From the NCBI GenBank assembly GCA_049325335.1, contig JBMOMC010000001.1, positions 564,193 to 628,192 on the forward strand: 64,000 bases of DNA. The letters run 5' to 3'. Both the position numbers and the translations under genes were made by a program. Below the pieces are notes generated by a model, which did not search any database, was not told the origin of the DNA, and saw nothing but the letters and a program-made list of their open reading frames with translations. The stretch comes from Nitrospirota bacterium. GTDB taxonomy: Bacteria > Nitrospirota > Nitrospiria > 2-01-FULL-66-17. Of this stretch, positions 1-9,747 are shown piece by piece (positions within the stretch are counted from its first letter, which is position 1; each line of letters begins with the position of its first letter).

Positions 1-1
1 C

Positions 2-94
2 GAAATTGAGGTGAGGGAGTTGCACGAGGCGGAGGACTTCCTGCCCGAGGACGCAGTCGAACGGTTCCGCAAGATCGGGATCGGTGAAAAGTAA
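2..94 (+). CDS. C-terminal fragment of a YciI/DGPF-family protein (5' end lies before the window)
   Basis: Frame 2 reads EIEVRELHEAEDFLPEDAVERFRKIGIGEK*, matching the YciI C-terminal EIRQ(L/V)FEAEDF motif also seen at ~11130. Confidence 0.6.
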   Translation, partial: EIEVRELHEAEDFLPEDAVERFRKIGIGEK

Positions 95-309
95 AAGAAT
101 GATGAGGGGCGCAGGACAGGCTGTCGATTGCTGCACCACCTGTGTGGAAGATGGGGATTCCATTCCATGACCCTGGCGCGGTGGAAGGGCAATCCCGACT
201 GCCGGCGCACCCGGGTTACTCCGTGGGGGGGCTTGCAGCGCGCTGTTCTCCCCGTCTTGCAAAGCGTTATCCGTCGATGTTATCAATTTCTCACGACTGA
301 GCTCATCCT

Positions 310-2928
310 ATGGAATTTAAGGATTGTTCGGTAGTCCCTCCTGTCTTAAAAAACGATGCCCAGCAGTACCGGACCCTGCTGGAGGTCTCGGAATCCATCG
401 CCACGCACCGCGACCTCAAAGCGCTATTGAGGGATTTGGCCCAGCGGCTGCTGTCGGTCGCTCAACTCGAATCCATCGGGCTCATCCTCCACGATGGCGA
501 GCGGGAGGTGATGCGGGCGCATTACCTCGGGACCGGGGAGACTGAAAACGTCACCGGCTTGGAAATTCCGGTGGCGGAGTCCGCCAGCGGGTGGGTGTAT
601 CACGCGCAGCAAGTGCTGGTCGTCCGGAATTTGGACGACGAGCCGCGTTTCCCGGCGGTGAAGGCGGTACTGGAACGGATGGGCGTAAAGTCGTACTGCC
701 TGTTTCCGCTGACGACCGCAGTGCGGCGCTTGGGCGCGATCGGGTTCGGCAGAAAGAGCGTCAGCGCGTTCGGAGACGGGGAGTTGGAGTTTTTGCAGCA
801 GGTCGCCAAGCAGGTGGCGGTCGCGGTGGACAACGTGCTTAATTCCGAGAGCGCCCGGGTCGCTCAGGAGCAGTTGGCGCTCGAGCGCGATCGGTTGCGG
901 CTTCTGCTGGAGGTCTCGGAATCCATCGCCTCGCACCGGGACCTGGAGGAGCTGTTTCGAGATCTGGCGCGGCGGATTCCGCAGGTCGTCCCGTTCGACT
1001 ACATCAACGTGGTCCTCCACGACGCGGCCCGCAACGTCATGCGGTTGTGTTTCCTGGTCACCGCGCAACCGAGCACGTTTCCTATCGGCCTGGAAATTCC
1101 GATGAACGAGTCGCCGGGCGGCGTGGTGTGGGAGACCCAGCAGCCGTTAATGGTGAGCGACCTGAGCCAAGAGACGCGGTTTCCGATGTTGACCGAGAAG
1201 CTGCGCGAACACGGGGTGCAATCCTTCTGCGTCGTGCCGTTGACCACGGCGCATCGCCGGTTGGGGGCCATGGGATTCGGGAGCATGCAACCCAGGACCT
1301 ACCAGGCCGAGGAAATCGCATTCATGCAGGAGGTGGCGAAACAGGTCGCGGTCGCGGTGGACAACGTGCTCAACGCGGAGAGCGCGCGGGCGTCCCAGCG
1401 CCAACTCGCGCGCGAACGCGACCACCAGCAGTTGTTGCTGGAGATCAACAACGCGGTGGTCTCCCATCTGGCGTTGAACGACGTGTTCACCGCGGTCAGC
1501 GCCTGCCTGAGGAAAGTCATCCAACATGACGGGTCAAGCCTGGTGCTATACGACCCGGAGACCGGGACATGCCGGGTCCACGTGCTGGATTTCACGACGA
1601 ACCAGAGCGTGGTTGAGGAAAAGCAGGCGGGGCCGAAGTGCACCACTCCGGCGCGCGTCGCGATCAACTCGGGCAAGCCGACCGTATTCAGCGAGCAGGA
1701 TCTGACCGCGATGTCGGCGGACTCCGAAATGGCGCGATGTGTCCTGGCGGACGGAATCAAATCACTCTGCTGCGTCCCGCTGATCTCGCACAACCATATG
1801 CAAGGGACCCTGAACCTGGGGCGGCGCCGCGACGACGCGTTCGGTCCGGGAGACGTCGAACTGTTGAGCCAGGTGGCGCAGCAGATCGCGATCGCGGTCG
1901 AGAACGCGCTGGCCTACCGGGAAATCGCGGAGCTGAAGGAGCGGCTCAACAAGGAAAAGCTCTACCTGCAAGAGGAAATCCGCACCGAATACAACTTCGA
2001 AGAGATCATCGGCGAGAGCACGGCGCTGAAACGCATCTTGAAACAGGTCGAGACCGTAGCGCCGACCGATTCCACCGTGTTGATCCAGGGCGAGACCGGC
2101 ACCGGGAAGGAACTCATCGCGCGGGCGATCCACCACCTGAGCGGACGGCGCGAGCGCACCTTCGTGAAAATGAACTGCGCCGCGATCCCCACCGGCCTGC
2201 TGGAAAGCGAACTGTTCGGCCACGAGAAAGGCGCGTTCACCGGCGCCATCGCCCAGAAGATCGGGCGGTTCGAGCTGGCGCACAACGGCACGATCTTCCT
2301 CGACGAGATCGGGGACATCCCGCTGGAGTTGCAGTCGAAGTTGCTGCGGGTGCTGCAGGAGCAGGAGTTCGAACGCCTGGGGAGCACCAAGACCATCAAG
2401 GTTAACATCCGCCTGGTGGCGGCCACCAATCGTGATCTGGAGCAGATGGTAGCTGACAAACAATTCCGCAGCGACCTGTTCTACCGTCTCAACGTGTTTC
2501 CCGTGACCGTGCCGTCTTTGCGGGAGCGGCGGCAAGATATCCCCTTGCTGGTGCGCTACTTCGCGCAGAAGTACGCGCAGCGAATGGACAAGCGGATCGA
2601 AACCATCCCGACCGACGCGCTGGACGCGCTGTCGAAGTATCACTGGCCCGGCAACATCCGGGAGTTGGAAAACCTGATCGAACGCTCCGTGATCCTGTCG
2701 CAAGGTCCTGACCTGCGTGTGCCGTTGGGAGAATTGAAGGTCCGGAACACCCAGCCGTCGGATGGGGATGCCACGCTGGACGGAGCGGAAAGTCGGCACA
2801 TTCTTCGCGTCCTCAAGGAAACCGATTGGGTGATCGGTGGTACTTCAGGCGCTGCGGCCCGTCTCGGCATGAAGCGCACCACCCTGCTGTCGCGCATGAA
2901 GAAATTCGGCATCACCCGCTCGTCGTAA
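310..2928 (+). CDS. FhlA/HyfR-like sigma54 enhancer-binding protein (3x GAF, AAA+, Fis-type HTH)
   Basis: Walker [15 protein letters not shown] loop, [16 protein letters not shown] and C-terminal HTH ([12 protein letters not shown]); three N-terminal GAF repeats each ending VAVAVDN/IAIAVEN. Confidence 0.93.
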   Translation: MEFKDCSVVPPVLKNDAQQYRTLLEVSESIATHRDLKALLRDLAQRLLSVAQLESIGLILHDGEREVMRAHYLGTGETENVTGLEIPVAESASGWVYHAQQVLVVRNLDDEPRFPAVKAVLERMGVKSYCLFPLTTAVRRLGAIGFGRKSVSAFGDGELEFLQQVAKQVAVAVDNVLNSESARVAQEQLALERDRLRLLLEVSESIASHRDLEELFRDLARRIPQVVPFDYINVVLHDAARNVMRLCFLVTAQPSTFPIGLEIPMNESPGGVVWETQQPLMVSDLSQETRFPMLTEKLREHGVQSFCVVPLTTAHRRLGAMGFGSMQPRTYQAEEIAFMQEVAKQVAVAVDNVLNAESARASQRQLARERDHQQLLLEINNAVVSHLALNDVFTAVSACLRKVIQHDGSSLVLYDPETGTCRVHVLDFTTNQSVVEEKQAGPKCTTPARVAINSGKPTVFSEQDLTAMSADSEMARCVLADGIKSLCCVPLISHNHMQGTLNLGRRRDDAFGPGDVELLSQVAQQIAIAVENALAYREIAELKERLNKEKLYLQEEIRTEYNFEEIIGESTALKRILKQVETVAPTDSTVLIQGETGTGKELIARAIHHLSGRRERTFVKMNCAAIPTGLLESELFGHEKGAFTGAIAQKIGRFELAHNGTIFLDEIGDIPLELQSKLLRVLQEQEFERLGSTKTIKVNIRLVAATNRDLEQMVADKQFRSDLFYRLNVFPVTVPSLRERRQDIPLLVRYFAQKYAQRMDKRIETIPTDALDALSKYHWPGNIRELENLIERSVILSQGPDLRVPLGELKVRNTQPSDGDATLDGAESRHILRVLKETDWVIGGTSGAAARLGMKRTTLLSRMKKFGITRSS

Positions 2929-3029
2929 GTACCTCGCCTCGCTGATACCCGGAACCTCCGGTGTCGATTTCAGCGCCCGCTGAACGACTCCAGGGCGTGA
3001 AGGTCACAGGCAGAGTCTGCTTATGGAGC

Positions 3030-3063
3030 TGTCGATCGTTCGACATCTGTCGATATTTCGACA
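3030..3063. promoter_or_regulatory. Tandem palindromic upstream activator sites (TGTCGA-N4-TCGACA x2)
   Basis: TGTCGATCGTTCGACA (3030-3045) and TGTCGATATTTCGACA (3048-3063), plus a half site TTCGACA at 3071-3077, about 110-145 bp upstream of a -24/-12 promoter. Confidence 0.7.
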
Positions 3064-3173
3064 CGAACGCTTCGACACTTGCTCCGGGGTCGAGTCGGTT
3101 TTCTGCGTCGCGTTCTCGTGACTCGCTTGTAGTTTCCGTCACTTCCGCCCTGTCGTCCCCTTGTCACGCGTCC

Positions 3174-3189
3174 TGGTACGAGAGTCGCT
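3174..3189 (+). promoter_or_regulatory. Sigma54 (-24/-12) promoter
   Basis: TGGTACGAGAGTCGCT has GG-N10-GC spacing, is close to TGGCAC-N5-TTGC, and lies just downstream of a bEBP gene. Confidence 0.7.
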
Positions 3190-3225
3190 ATAGAAATGGG
3201 CGAGAGGTGAGTGAGAAGGGGTGAC

Positions 3226-3423
3226 GTGATAAACGTGACATTTAGATTGGCAGACGGAACACCGGCCGGGATCGTACCGACCAGGGAATTGCGGGAACTG
3301 GCCAGGCAACGCTTTGGCGTGGAGTGGACGGCGGGCAGGAAGCTTTCGGTGGTGTTCCACGTTCGAGACCAACAGGCGTTGGACCGGGTGATCACGCGGT
3401 TCGGAGTACACCACGCATGCTGA
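3226..3423 (+). CDS. Small hypothetical protein (65 aa)
   Basis: GTG start after purine-rich GAGAAGGGG; first ORF after the sigma54 promoter; overlaps the STAS gene start. Confidence 0.45.
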   Translation: MINVTFRLADGTPAGIVPTRELRELARQRFGVEWTAGRKLSVVFHVRDQQALDRVITRFGVHHAC

Positions 3424-3710
3424 GAATTACGCGCCGGGACGAGGCCGGGACCGCGGTGATCCAGGTCGAGGGGAAGCTTGCCGGGCCCTGGGTCAAAGAG
3501 CTTGAAGACTCCTGGCGGTCAGTCGAGGGTGAACAGGGTCGGAAGGTCTTGGTGGATCTGACTGCGGTGAGTTTCATCGACGAAACGGGGGAAGAACTGT
3601 TGCGCACCATGCACCGGGAGCGCGTTGGGTTGAAAGCCCGGGGGTGCTTCACCACCTGTCTCATCCAGACTATTCAAGAAGCCATCGGGCGGGCGAAGCT
3701 GCGCCAATGA
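3417..3710 (+). CDS. STAS-domain (anti-anti-sigma-like) protein
   Basis: MLRIT...VEGKLAGPWVKELE...VDLTAVSFIDETG STAS signature; GGAG RBS at ~3403; ATGA overlap with the next gene. Confidence 0.8.
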   Translation: MLRITRRDEAGTAVIQVEGKLAGPWVKELEDSWRSVEGEQGRKVLVDLTAVSFIDETGEELLRTMHRERVGLKARGCFTTCLIQTIQEAIGRAKLRQ

Positions 3711-4936
3711 GTTCACGCAGGTTGTCGACGAAAGGGTTCGCAATGCGCGCAATGACGAGTAGCAAAGATTTGAGCGTCCACCACATCGGGCTCGGCGCCG
3801 GTCTCCTTGCCGGGGCATTGATGCTGGCGTTGTCCGGCTGCCACCAGGCTGCGGGCTCGCCGCCCGCTCCCCCGCCGCCGGACGTGGCGGTGGTCACGGT
3901 GCAGCCGCGGGACCTGCCCGCCGTGTTCGAATACGTGGGGCAGGTGGCGGGCGTGCGGGAAATCGAAGTGCGCGCGCGAGTCTCCGGCATCCTGGAGCGT
4001 TGGAACTATCAGGAAGGGGCCTCGGTGAAAGCCGGGGACAGCCTTTTCACGATTGATCCTCAGCCGTTTCAGGCCGAACTGGCGCGAGCCGAAGCGGTGC
4101 TCGCCAGCGCCGAAGCCACTCTTACGCAGGCCACGCGCAATGCGGCTCGTCTCGAGCCATTGTGGGAGGCAAAGGCGGTGAGCCGGAGGGAGTACGACGA
4201 CGCCGAGTCTGCGGAACAGGTCGCGGGCGCCAACGTGCAGGCCGCACAAGCCGCGGTCACGCAAGCGCGCCTGAACGTCTCCTATACCCGCGTGGAAGCG
4301 CCGATCTCCGGGATCACCAGCCGCGCGGTGGTGTCCGAAGGCAGCCTGGTGCAGGCGCAACAGACATTGTTGACCACGATCTCGCAGCTCGATCCGGTGC
4401 ATGTCATTTTCAGCTTCACCGAAGCCGAGCATCTTCGATTCCGGCGCGAACTCTCGGAAGCGCGGCTCACGTTGCCCAAGGACGGCCGGTTCGACGTGAA
4501 ACTCACGCTCGCGGACGGCAGCGAGTATCCGCAGGCCGGGAAGGTGGACTTCACCGACGTACGCGTGAACACGAGCACCGGCACCATCGAGGCCCGCGCG
4601 GTCGTGCCCAACCCGCAGCGCCTGCTGCGGCCGGGCCAGTTCGTGCGCGTGCATCTGTCCGGCGCGGTCCGCCCCAACGCGATCGCGATTCCGCAGCGGG
4701 CGGTGTTGGAAGGGCCCGGCGCGAAGATCGTGATGACCGTGAACAAGGAGGGGATCGTTGAACAGCGGCCGGTGCAGGTCAGCGACTGGTCCGGGACCGA
4801 ATGGATCATCACCAACGGCCTCAACCCCGGCGACACGGTGATCGTGGACGGCGTGGTCAAGGCGCGTCCCGGATCGCCGGTCACCGTCGCACAGGCGCCC
4901 ACGGCCCAGCACGCCCAACCGGAAGGAGCACCCTGA
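3707..4936 (+). CDS. RND efflux periplasmic adaptor (MexA/AcrA family) lipoprotein
   Basis: Lipobox LALSGC, EVRARVSG, APISG and LLRPGQFVRV motifs. Confidence 0.93.
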   Translation: MSSRRLSTKGFAMRAMTSSKDLSVHHIGLGAGLLAGALMLALSGCHQAAGSPPAPPPPDVAVVTVQPRDLPAVFEYVGQVAGVREIEVRARVSGILERWNYQEGASVKAGDSLFTIDPQPFQAELARAEAVLASAEATLTQATRNAARLEPLWEAKAVSRREYDDAESAEQVAGANVQAAQAAVTQARLNVSYTRVEAPISGITSRAVVSEGSLVQAQQTLLTTISQLDPVHVIFSFTEAEHLRFRRELSEARLTLPKDGRFDVKLTLADGSEYPQAGKVDFTDVRVNTSTGTIEARAVVPNPQRLLRPGQFVRVHLSGAVRPNAIAIPQRAVLEGPGAKIVMTVNKEGIVEQRPVQVSDWSGTEWIITNGLNPGDTVIVDGVVKARPGSPVTVAQAPTAQHAQPEGAP

Positions 4937-7900
4937 TGTTCGCCCGATTCTTCATCAACCGCCCGATCTTCGCAGGCGTGCTCTCGATCTTCCTGGTGCT
5001 TGCAGGCCTGGCTGCGGTGCGGATGCTCCCGATCGCGCAATACCCGGAGATCGCGCCGCCGGTGGTCACGGTCCGCGCCGTGTATCCGGGGGCCTCGGCC
5101 GAAACCCTGGAACAGACCGTGGCCGCGCCGCTGGAGAATCAGATCAACGGCGTGGAAAACATGCTCTATATGAGCTCCATCTCCAGTTCCAACGGCGCAG
5201 TGGAGATCAACATCACGTTCGAAATCGGTACCGACGTGGACCAGGCCACGGTCAACGTCAACAACCGTGTCCGCCAGGCGGAAGCGCGGCTGCCGCAGGA
5301 AGTGCGTCGGCAGGGCGTGACCGTGGAGAAGAACTCCAGCTCGTTCCTACAGGTGCTGGCGTTCTATTCGCCCGACGGCACGTTCGACGACGTCTTCACC
5401 AGCAACTACGTCACGCTCAACGTGCTCGACACCGTCAAGCGCATCCCGGGCACCACCAACGTCCAGATCTTCGGCGCCAAGGACTACGCCATGCGGATCT
5501 GGCTGCGGCCCGACCGCATGACGCAGCTGAAGCTCGCCACCTCCGACATCGTGCAGGCGCTGAACGAGCAGAACGCGCAGTTCGCCGCGGGCAAGATCGG
5601 TCAGACCCCGACCGCCGGGCAGCAGGAACTGGTGTACACCGTGACCACCAAGGGTCGGCTCTCCGAAGTATCTGAATTCGAGCACATCATCCTGCGCGCG
5701 AACCCCGACGGCTCCGCGCTGCGGCTCAAGGACGTGGCGCGGGTGGAACTGGCGTCGAAGGACTACGATTTCATCGGCCGGGTCAACGGCAAAGAAGCGA
5801 CGTTGATGGGCATTTTCCTCCAGCCGGGCGCGAACGCGCTGGCCGTGGCGGACGAGGTCGAAACGACCATGCACGGCCTGGCCGCGCGGTTCCCGCAAGG
5901 CCTGAAGTACTCCAACGTGTACGACACCACCCGGTTCGTGAAGGTGTCGATCCGCGAAGTGGTGAAGACCCTGGCCGAAGCCATGGCCCTGGTGTTCTTG
6001 GTGGTTTTTCTGTTCTTGCAAAACTGGCGCGCGACCTTGATTCCGTTCTCGGCCGTACCGGTATCGTTGATCGGCACGTTCGCCGGGCTCTTTCTGCTCG
6101 ATTACTCCATCAACATGCTCACCCTGTTCGGCATGGTGCTGGCGATCGGCATCGTGGTGGACGACGCGATCGTGGTGCTGGAAAACGTCGAGCGCATCAT
6201 GCGCGAGCAGCGCAAGTCCGCGCGCGACGCCGCGATCCAGGCCATGCAGGAAGTCACCAGCCCGGTGATCGCGATCGTCCTAACCCTCTGCGCGGTGTTC
6301 GTGCCGATCGCGTTCCTGGGCGGTCTGGCCGGCGAGTTGTACCGCCAGTTTGCGGTCACCATTACCATCGCGGTGGTGCTCTCCGGCATCGTGGCACTGA
6401 CGTTGACGCCGGCCTTGTGCATGATGATCCTCAAGCACGGCCACCGGCAGCCCGGACGGTTCTTCACCCGGTTCAACGCGTGGTTCGCGCGCCTGACCGG
6501 CCGGTACACCGCGGGCGTGGCGTGGATGATCCGGCGCAGCGCCATCGGCGTGGCCCTGTTCATCGGCATGGTCGTGATCACCGCCGGGCTCTGGCGCGCC
6601 ACGCCAGGCAGCCTGGTGCCGGACGAGGACCAGGGGTATTACATCGGCGCGGTGTTTCTGCCCGACGGGGCCTCGTTGCAGCGCACCGACAAGGTGGTCG
6701 GCGAAGTGGTGGAGGCGATTCTCTCCAACCCGGCCAACGAATACGCGATCGCGTTCACCGGACTGGATTTTCTGGGCGGCGGGTTCCGCAACAGCGCTGC
6801 CACCATCTTCGTGACCCAGAAGCACTGGGACGATCGCGACGTCTACACCCCGCAACTGGTGGGCGAGTTCTTCATGAAGACCGCACACATCAAAGAGGCG
6901 CTGGTGCTGGCCTTCGGCCCGCCCCCGATCTTCGGGCTCGGCAACTCCGGCGGGTTCGAGTTCTACATACAGAACCGCGGCGAAGGCGGACCGCAGCGCT
7001 TGGCCCAGGTGATGGGCGAGTTCCTGGCCGCGGTCAACCAGGAGCCCACGCTCGCAGGCGCGCAAACTCTGTGGCGCTCCAACGTGCCGCAGCTCCGCGT
7101 GGACGTGGACCGCGAAAAAGCCAAGGCCCTGGGCGTGCCGATCAACGAGCTGTTCGACACGTTGTCCGCAACCCTGGGTTCGTACTACGTGAACGACTTC
7201 AACAAATTCGGCCGGACCTGGCAGGTGTTGATGTCCGCGGAGCCGTCCCACCGGAACAACCCCGACTCGGTCGGCGAACTCTATGTGCGCTCCGAGCAGG
7301 GCGGGATGGTGCCGGTCAAGGCGCTGGCCTTGGTCAACTATACCGCTGGACCAGAGACACTGGACCGGTTCAACAACCTGCCCGCGGTCAAGATTCTGGG
7401 GCAAGCCGCGCCCGGCGTTTCTTCGGGCCAGGCGATCCAAACCGTCGAACGGGTCGCGGAGAAGGTCCTGCCCGCGGAGTTCAGTTATGACTGGGGCGGA
7501 GCCTCGTTCCAGGAAAAGCAAGCCCGCGGCACCTCGGGCTTTGCGCTCGGGCTGGCGGTGGTCATGGTGTTTCTGATCCTGGCTGCGCAATACGGGAAAT
7601 GGTCGCTGCCGATCTCGGTATTGTTGGCCCTGCCGTTCGGCACATTCGGCGCCCTGGCCGCAGTGTGGCTGCGAGGCCTGACCAACGACGTGTACTTCCA
7701 AATCGGCCTGGTCACGCTGCTGGGCCTGGCCGCGAAAAACGCGATCCTGATCGTGGAATACGCGGTGTTGAAGCACCGCGAAGGGCTGTCCGCGTCGGAT
7801 GCCGCGCTGGAAGCCGCTCGGTTGCGGTTCCGGCCGATCCTGATGACCTCGCTCGCCTTCATTCTGGGCGTGGCGCCGCTCGCGTTCTCCACCGGCGCGG

Positions 7901-8124
7901 GAGCGGGCGCGCGGATCTCGGTCGGCACCGGCGTGATGGGGGGCATGCTAGCCGCCACGTTCCTGGCCATCTTCTTCGTGCCCATGTTCTTCAAACTCAT
8001 CGCGGGCCGGCGTTCCGACGGGACGCGCCCGACCGAGGACGCCGCCGTCGATGTGGAATACCACCACGCGGGAGTCGGGGGCAACGGGGCCGCAGCGCTT
8101 ACGCCGCAAGGAGGACGGTCATGA
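4936..8124 (+). CDS. RND efflux permease (HAE1, AcrB/MexB family)
   Basis: MFARFFINRPIFA, AIGIVVDDAIVVLEN, GLAAKNAILIVE and RFRPILMTS motifs; GGAAGGAG RBS. Confidence 0.96.
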   Translation: MFARFFINRPIFAGVLSIFLVLAGLAAVRMLPIAQYPEIAPPVVTVRAVYPGASAETLEQTVAAPLENQINGVENMLYMSSISSSNGAVEINITFEIGTDVDQATVNVNNRVRQAEARLPQEVRRQGVTVEKNSSSFLQVLAFYSPDGTFDDVFTSNYVTLNVLDTVKRIPGTTNVQIFGAKDYAMRIWLRPDRMTQLKLATSDIVQALNEQNAQFAAGKIGQTPTAGQQELVYTVTTKGRLSEVSEFEHIILRANPDGSALRLKDVARVELASKDYDFIGRVNGKEATLMGIFLQPGANALAVADEVETTMHGLAARFPQGLKYSNVYDTTRFVKVSIREVVKTLAEAMALVFLVVFLFLQNWRATLIPFSAVPVSLIGTFAGLFLLDYSINMLTLFGMVLAIGIVVDDAIVVLENVERIMREQRKSARDAAIQAMQEVTSPVIAIVLTLCAVFVPIAFLGGLAGELYRQFAVTITIAVVLSGIVALTLTPALCMMILKHGHRQPGRFFTRFNAWFARLTGRYTAGVAWMIRRSAIGVALFIGMVVITAGLWRATPGSLVPDEDQGYYIGAVFLPDGASLQRTDKVVGEVVEAILSNPANEYAIAFTGLDFLGGGFRNSAATIFVTQKHWDDRDVYTPQLVGEFFMKTAHIKEALVLAFGPPPIFGLGNSGGFEFYIQNRGEGGPQRLAQVMGEFLAAVNQEPTLAGAQTLWRSNVPQLRVDVDREKAKALGVPINELFDTLSATLGSYYVNDFNKFGRTWQVLMSAEPSHRNNPDSVGELYVRSEQGGMVPVKALALVNYTAGPETLDRFNNLPAVKILGQAAPGVSSGQAIQTVERVAEKVLPAEFSYDWGGASFQEKQARGTSGFALGLAVVMVFLILAAQYGKWSLPISVLLALPFGTFGALAAVWLRGLTNDVYFQIGLVTLLGLAAKNAILIVEYAVLKHREGLSASDAALEAARLRFRPILMTSLAFILGVAPLAFSTGAGAGARISVGTGVMGGMLAATFLAIFFVPMFFKLIAGRRSDGTRPTEDAAVDVEYHHAGVGGNGAAALTPQGGRS

Positions 8125-9569
8125 CGGGACATCGGATAGCCGGCGCGGCGCTGATCGCCGCCTCGATCGCGGGCTGCACGCTGGGCCCGGATTACCGCCG
8201 GCAGGCCATCGACACGCCGGATGCCTGGCCGACGCCCGCCACGGCCGCAACGGTCCCGAACGAGTGGTGGCGGGGCTACCAGGATCCGGCGCTCGACGCC
8301 ATGGTCCAAGAGGCGCTCGCGCACAACGCGGATTTGCGATTGGCGATCGCGCGGGTGGACGAAGCGCGCGCGAGCCTGGGCGTGGCGCGCGCGGATCAGT
8401 GGCCCGGCGTGTCCGCCAACGCGGCAGCGGCGCGCACCAGGACGAGTGAGGATCTGCCGCTGGCGTTGCCAGCCGGCGTGGATCCGATCAACAACAACAT
8501 GCGCGCCACCCTGGACGCGTCCTACGAAATCGATCTATGGGGCAAGTACCGGCGCGCCACCGAAGCCGCCAAGGCCGACCTGCTCGCCACGGAGTTCAGT
8601 CGCGACGCGGTGCGCCTGGCGCTGATCGCCGAGGTGTCGCGCGGGTACTTCAACCTTCGCGCGCTCGATGCGCAGGTGGCAATCACGCGGCGTACGGTCT
8701 CGACCCGGCTCGATTCGCTGGCGCTGCAACGCAAGCGGTTCGAGGCCGGCGTGGCGTCCGAGCTCGACCTGCGGCAGGTGGAAGCCGACGCCGCCGCGGC
8801 GCAGGCCCTGCTGCCGGTCCTCGAAACCCAGCTCGCGCGGCAGGAGACCGCGCTTGCGGTGCTACTGGGCCGCAGCCCGCGGGCGATCGTGGGCGCCACG
8901 CCCGAGCGCGGCGTGGCGATCGAGGCGCTCACCGTGCCGCCCGCGGTGCCGGCCGGGTTGCCGTCGGATTTGCTGGAACACCGGCCGGATCTGCGGCAGG
9001 CAGAGCAGCAGTTGGTTGCGGCCAACGCGCGCATCGGCCAGGCCAAGGCCGCGTATTTCCCGACGATCTCGCTGACCGGATTAGTGGGCGGGGAAAGCAC
9101 GTCGCTCGCCGACCTGTTCGGCGCGCCGGCCCGGATCTGGCAGGTTTCGGGCTCGGCGGCCCAGGCCGTGTTCGACACGGGCCGCACCGGGTCGCGGGTC
9201 AAGGCCGCGAAGGCGCGCGAGCAACAGACGCTCGCGCAATACCGGTCTGCGATCCAGAACGCGTTCAAGGACACGCTCGACGCTCTGGTGGCGCAGCGCA
9301 AGGCGCGCGAGACCCTGGACGCCGAGCAGGCGCGGGTCGCCGCGCTCCAGAGCGCGCTTGACCTGGCGCGCCTTCGTTATCAGAACGGCGTGTCCAGCCA
9401 GCTCGACGTGTTGGACGCTGAGCGCGGGCTGTTGGCGGCGGAGCTGAGTCGGGTCGAGGCCCAACGCGTGCAGCTCGCCGCCACCGCGGATCTGTACAAG
9501 GCCCTGGGCGGCGGGTGGGAGAGCGGCGCCCAACTCGAGCAGCAGACCGCTTCCCTGAACTCCCGGTAA
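8121..9569 (+). CDS. Outer-membrane efflux lipoprotein (OprM/NodT family)
   Basis: IAGCTLGPDY lipobox, SYEIDLWG, PSDLLEHRPD and LYKALGGGW motifs; AGGAGG RBS; ATGA overlap. Confidence 0.94.
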   Translation: MTGHRIAGAALIAASIAGCTLGPDYRRQAIDTPDAWPTPATAATVPNEWWRGYQDPALDAMVQEALAHNADLRLAIARVDEARASLGVARADQWPGVSANAAAARTRTSEDLPLALPAGVDPINNNMRATLDASYEIDLWGKYRRATEAAKADLLATEFSRDAVRLALIAEVSRGYFNLRALDAQVAITRRTVSTRLDSLALQRKRFEAGVASELDLRQVEADAAAAQALLPVLETQLARQETALAVLLGRSPRAIVGATPERGVAIEALTVPPAVPAGLPSDLLEHRPDLRQAEQQLVAANARIGQAKAAYFPTISLTGLVGGESTSLADLFGAPARIWQVSGSAAQAVFDTGRTGSRVKAAKAREQQTLAQYRSAIQNAFKDTLDALVAQRKARETLDAEQARVAALQSALDLARLRYQNGVSSQLDVLDAERGLLAAELSRVEAQRVQLAATADLYKALGGGWESGAQLEQQTASLNSR

Positions 9570-9590
9570 CTCGCTGAAAAACCGTGAATC

Positions 9591-9644
9591 GCCGCTTCGC
9601 CGGACCAGGGGAAGGCTCCTTGATCCGGCGACGGCATTTTTTTT
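9591..9644 (+). terminator. Rho-independent terminator
   Basis: GC-rich imperfect stem GCCG..TCGCCGGA / TCCGGCGACGGC followed by an 8-T run. Confidence 0.75.
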
Positions 9645-9653
9645 ATCGTTGAG

Positions 9654-9680
9654 TGTCGAAATCCCCCTCCCTGGAACGAC
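9654..9680 (+). promoter_or_regulatory. ECF42-type promoter (TGTCGA-N17-CGAC)
   Basis: TGTCGA at 9654-9659 and CGAC at 9677-9680, upstream of a YciI/DGPF-VOC cluster, the known ECF42 target context. Confidence 0.55.
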
Positions 9681-9747
9681 TATGGGCAGAGACGCGGTTC
9701 AGCAGGGCTCCGACGCCGTCTCCAACCATGTTGAAAAGGAGATCGAA

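Noticed and set aside
95..300. Possible riboswitch, or the 68-aa ORF, upstream of the bEBP
   Set aside because: Some GC pairing is possible, but I found no match to riboswitch consensus motifs I know; the ORF lacks an RBS and motifs
6280..7776. Long antisense or alternative-frame ORFs over the RND gene (also 1762-2799, 3713-4918, 44195-45622, 53083-54399)
   Set aside because: They overlap well-supported genes, show typical GC-rich shadow composition, and have no RBS or domain evidence
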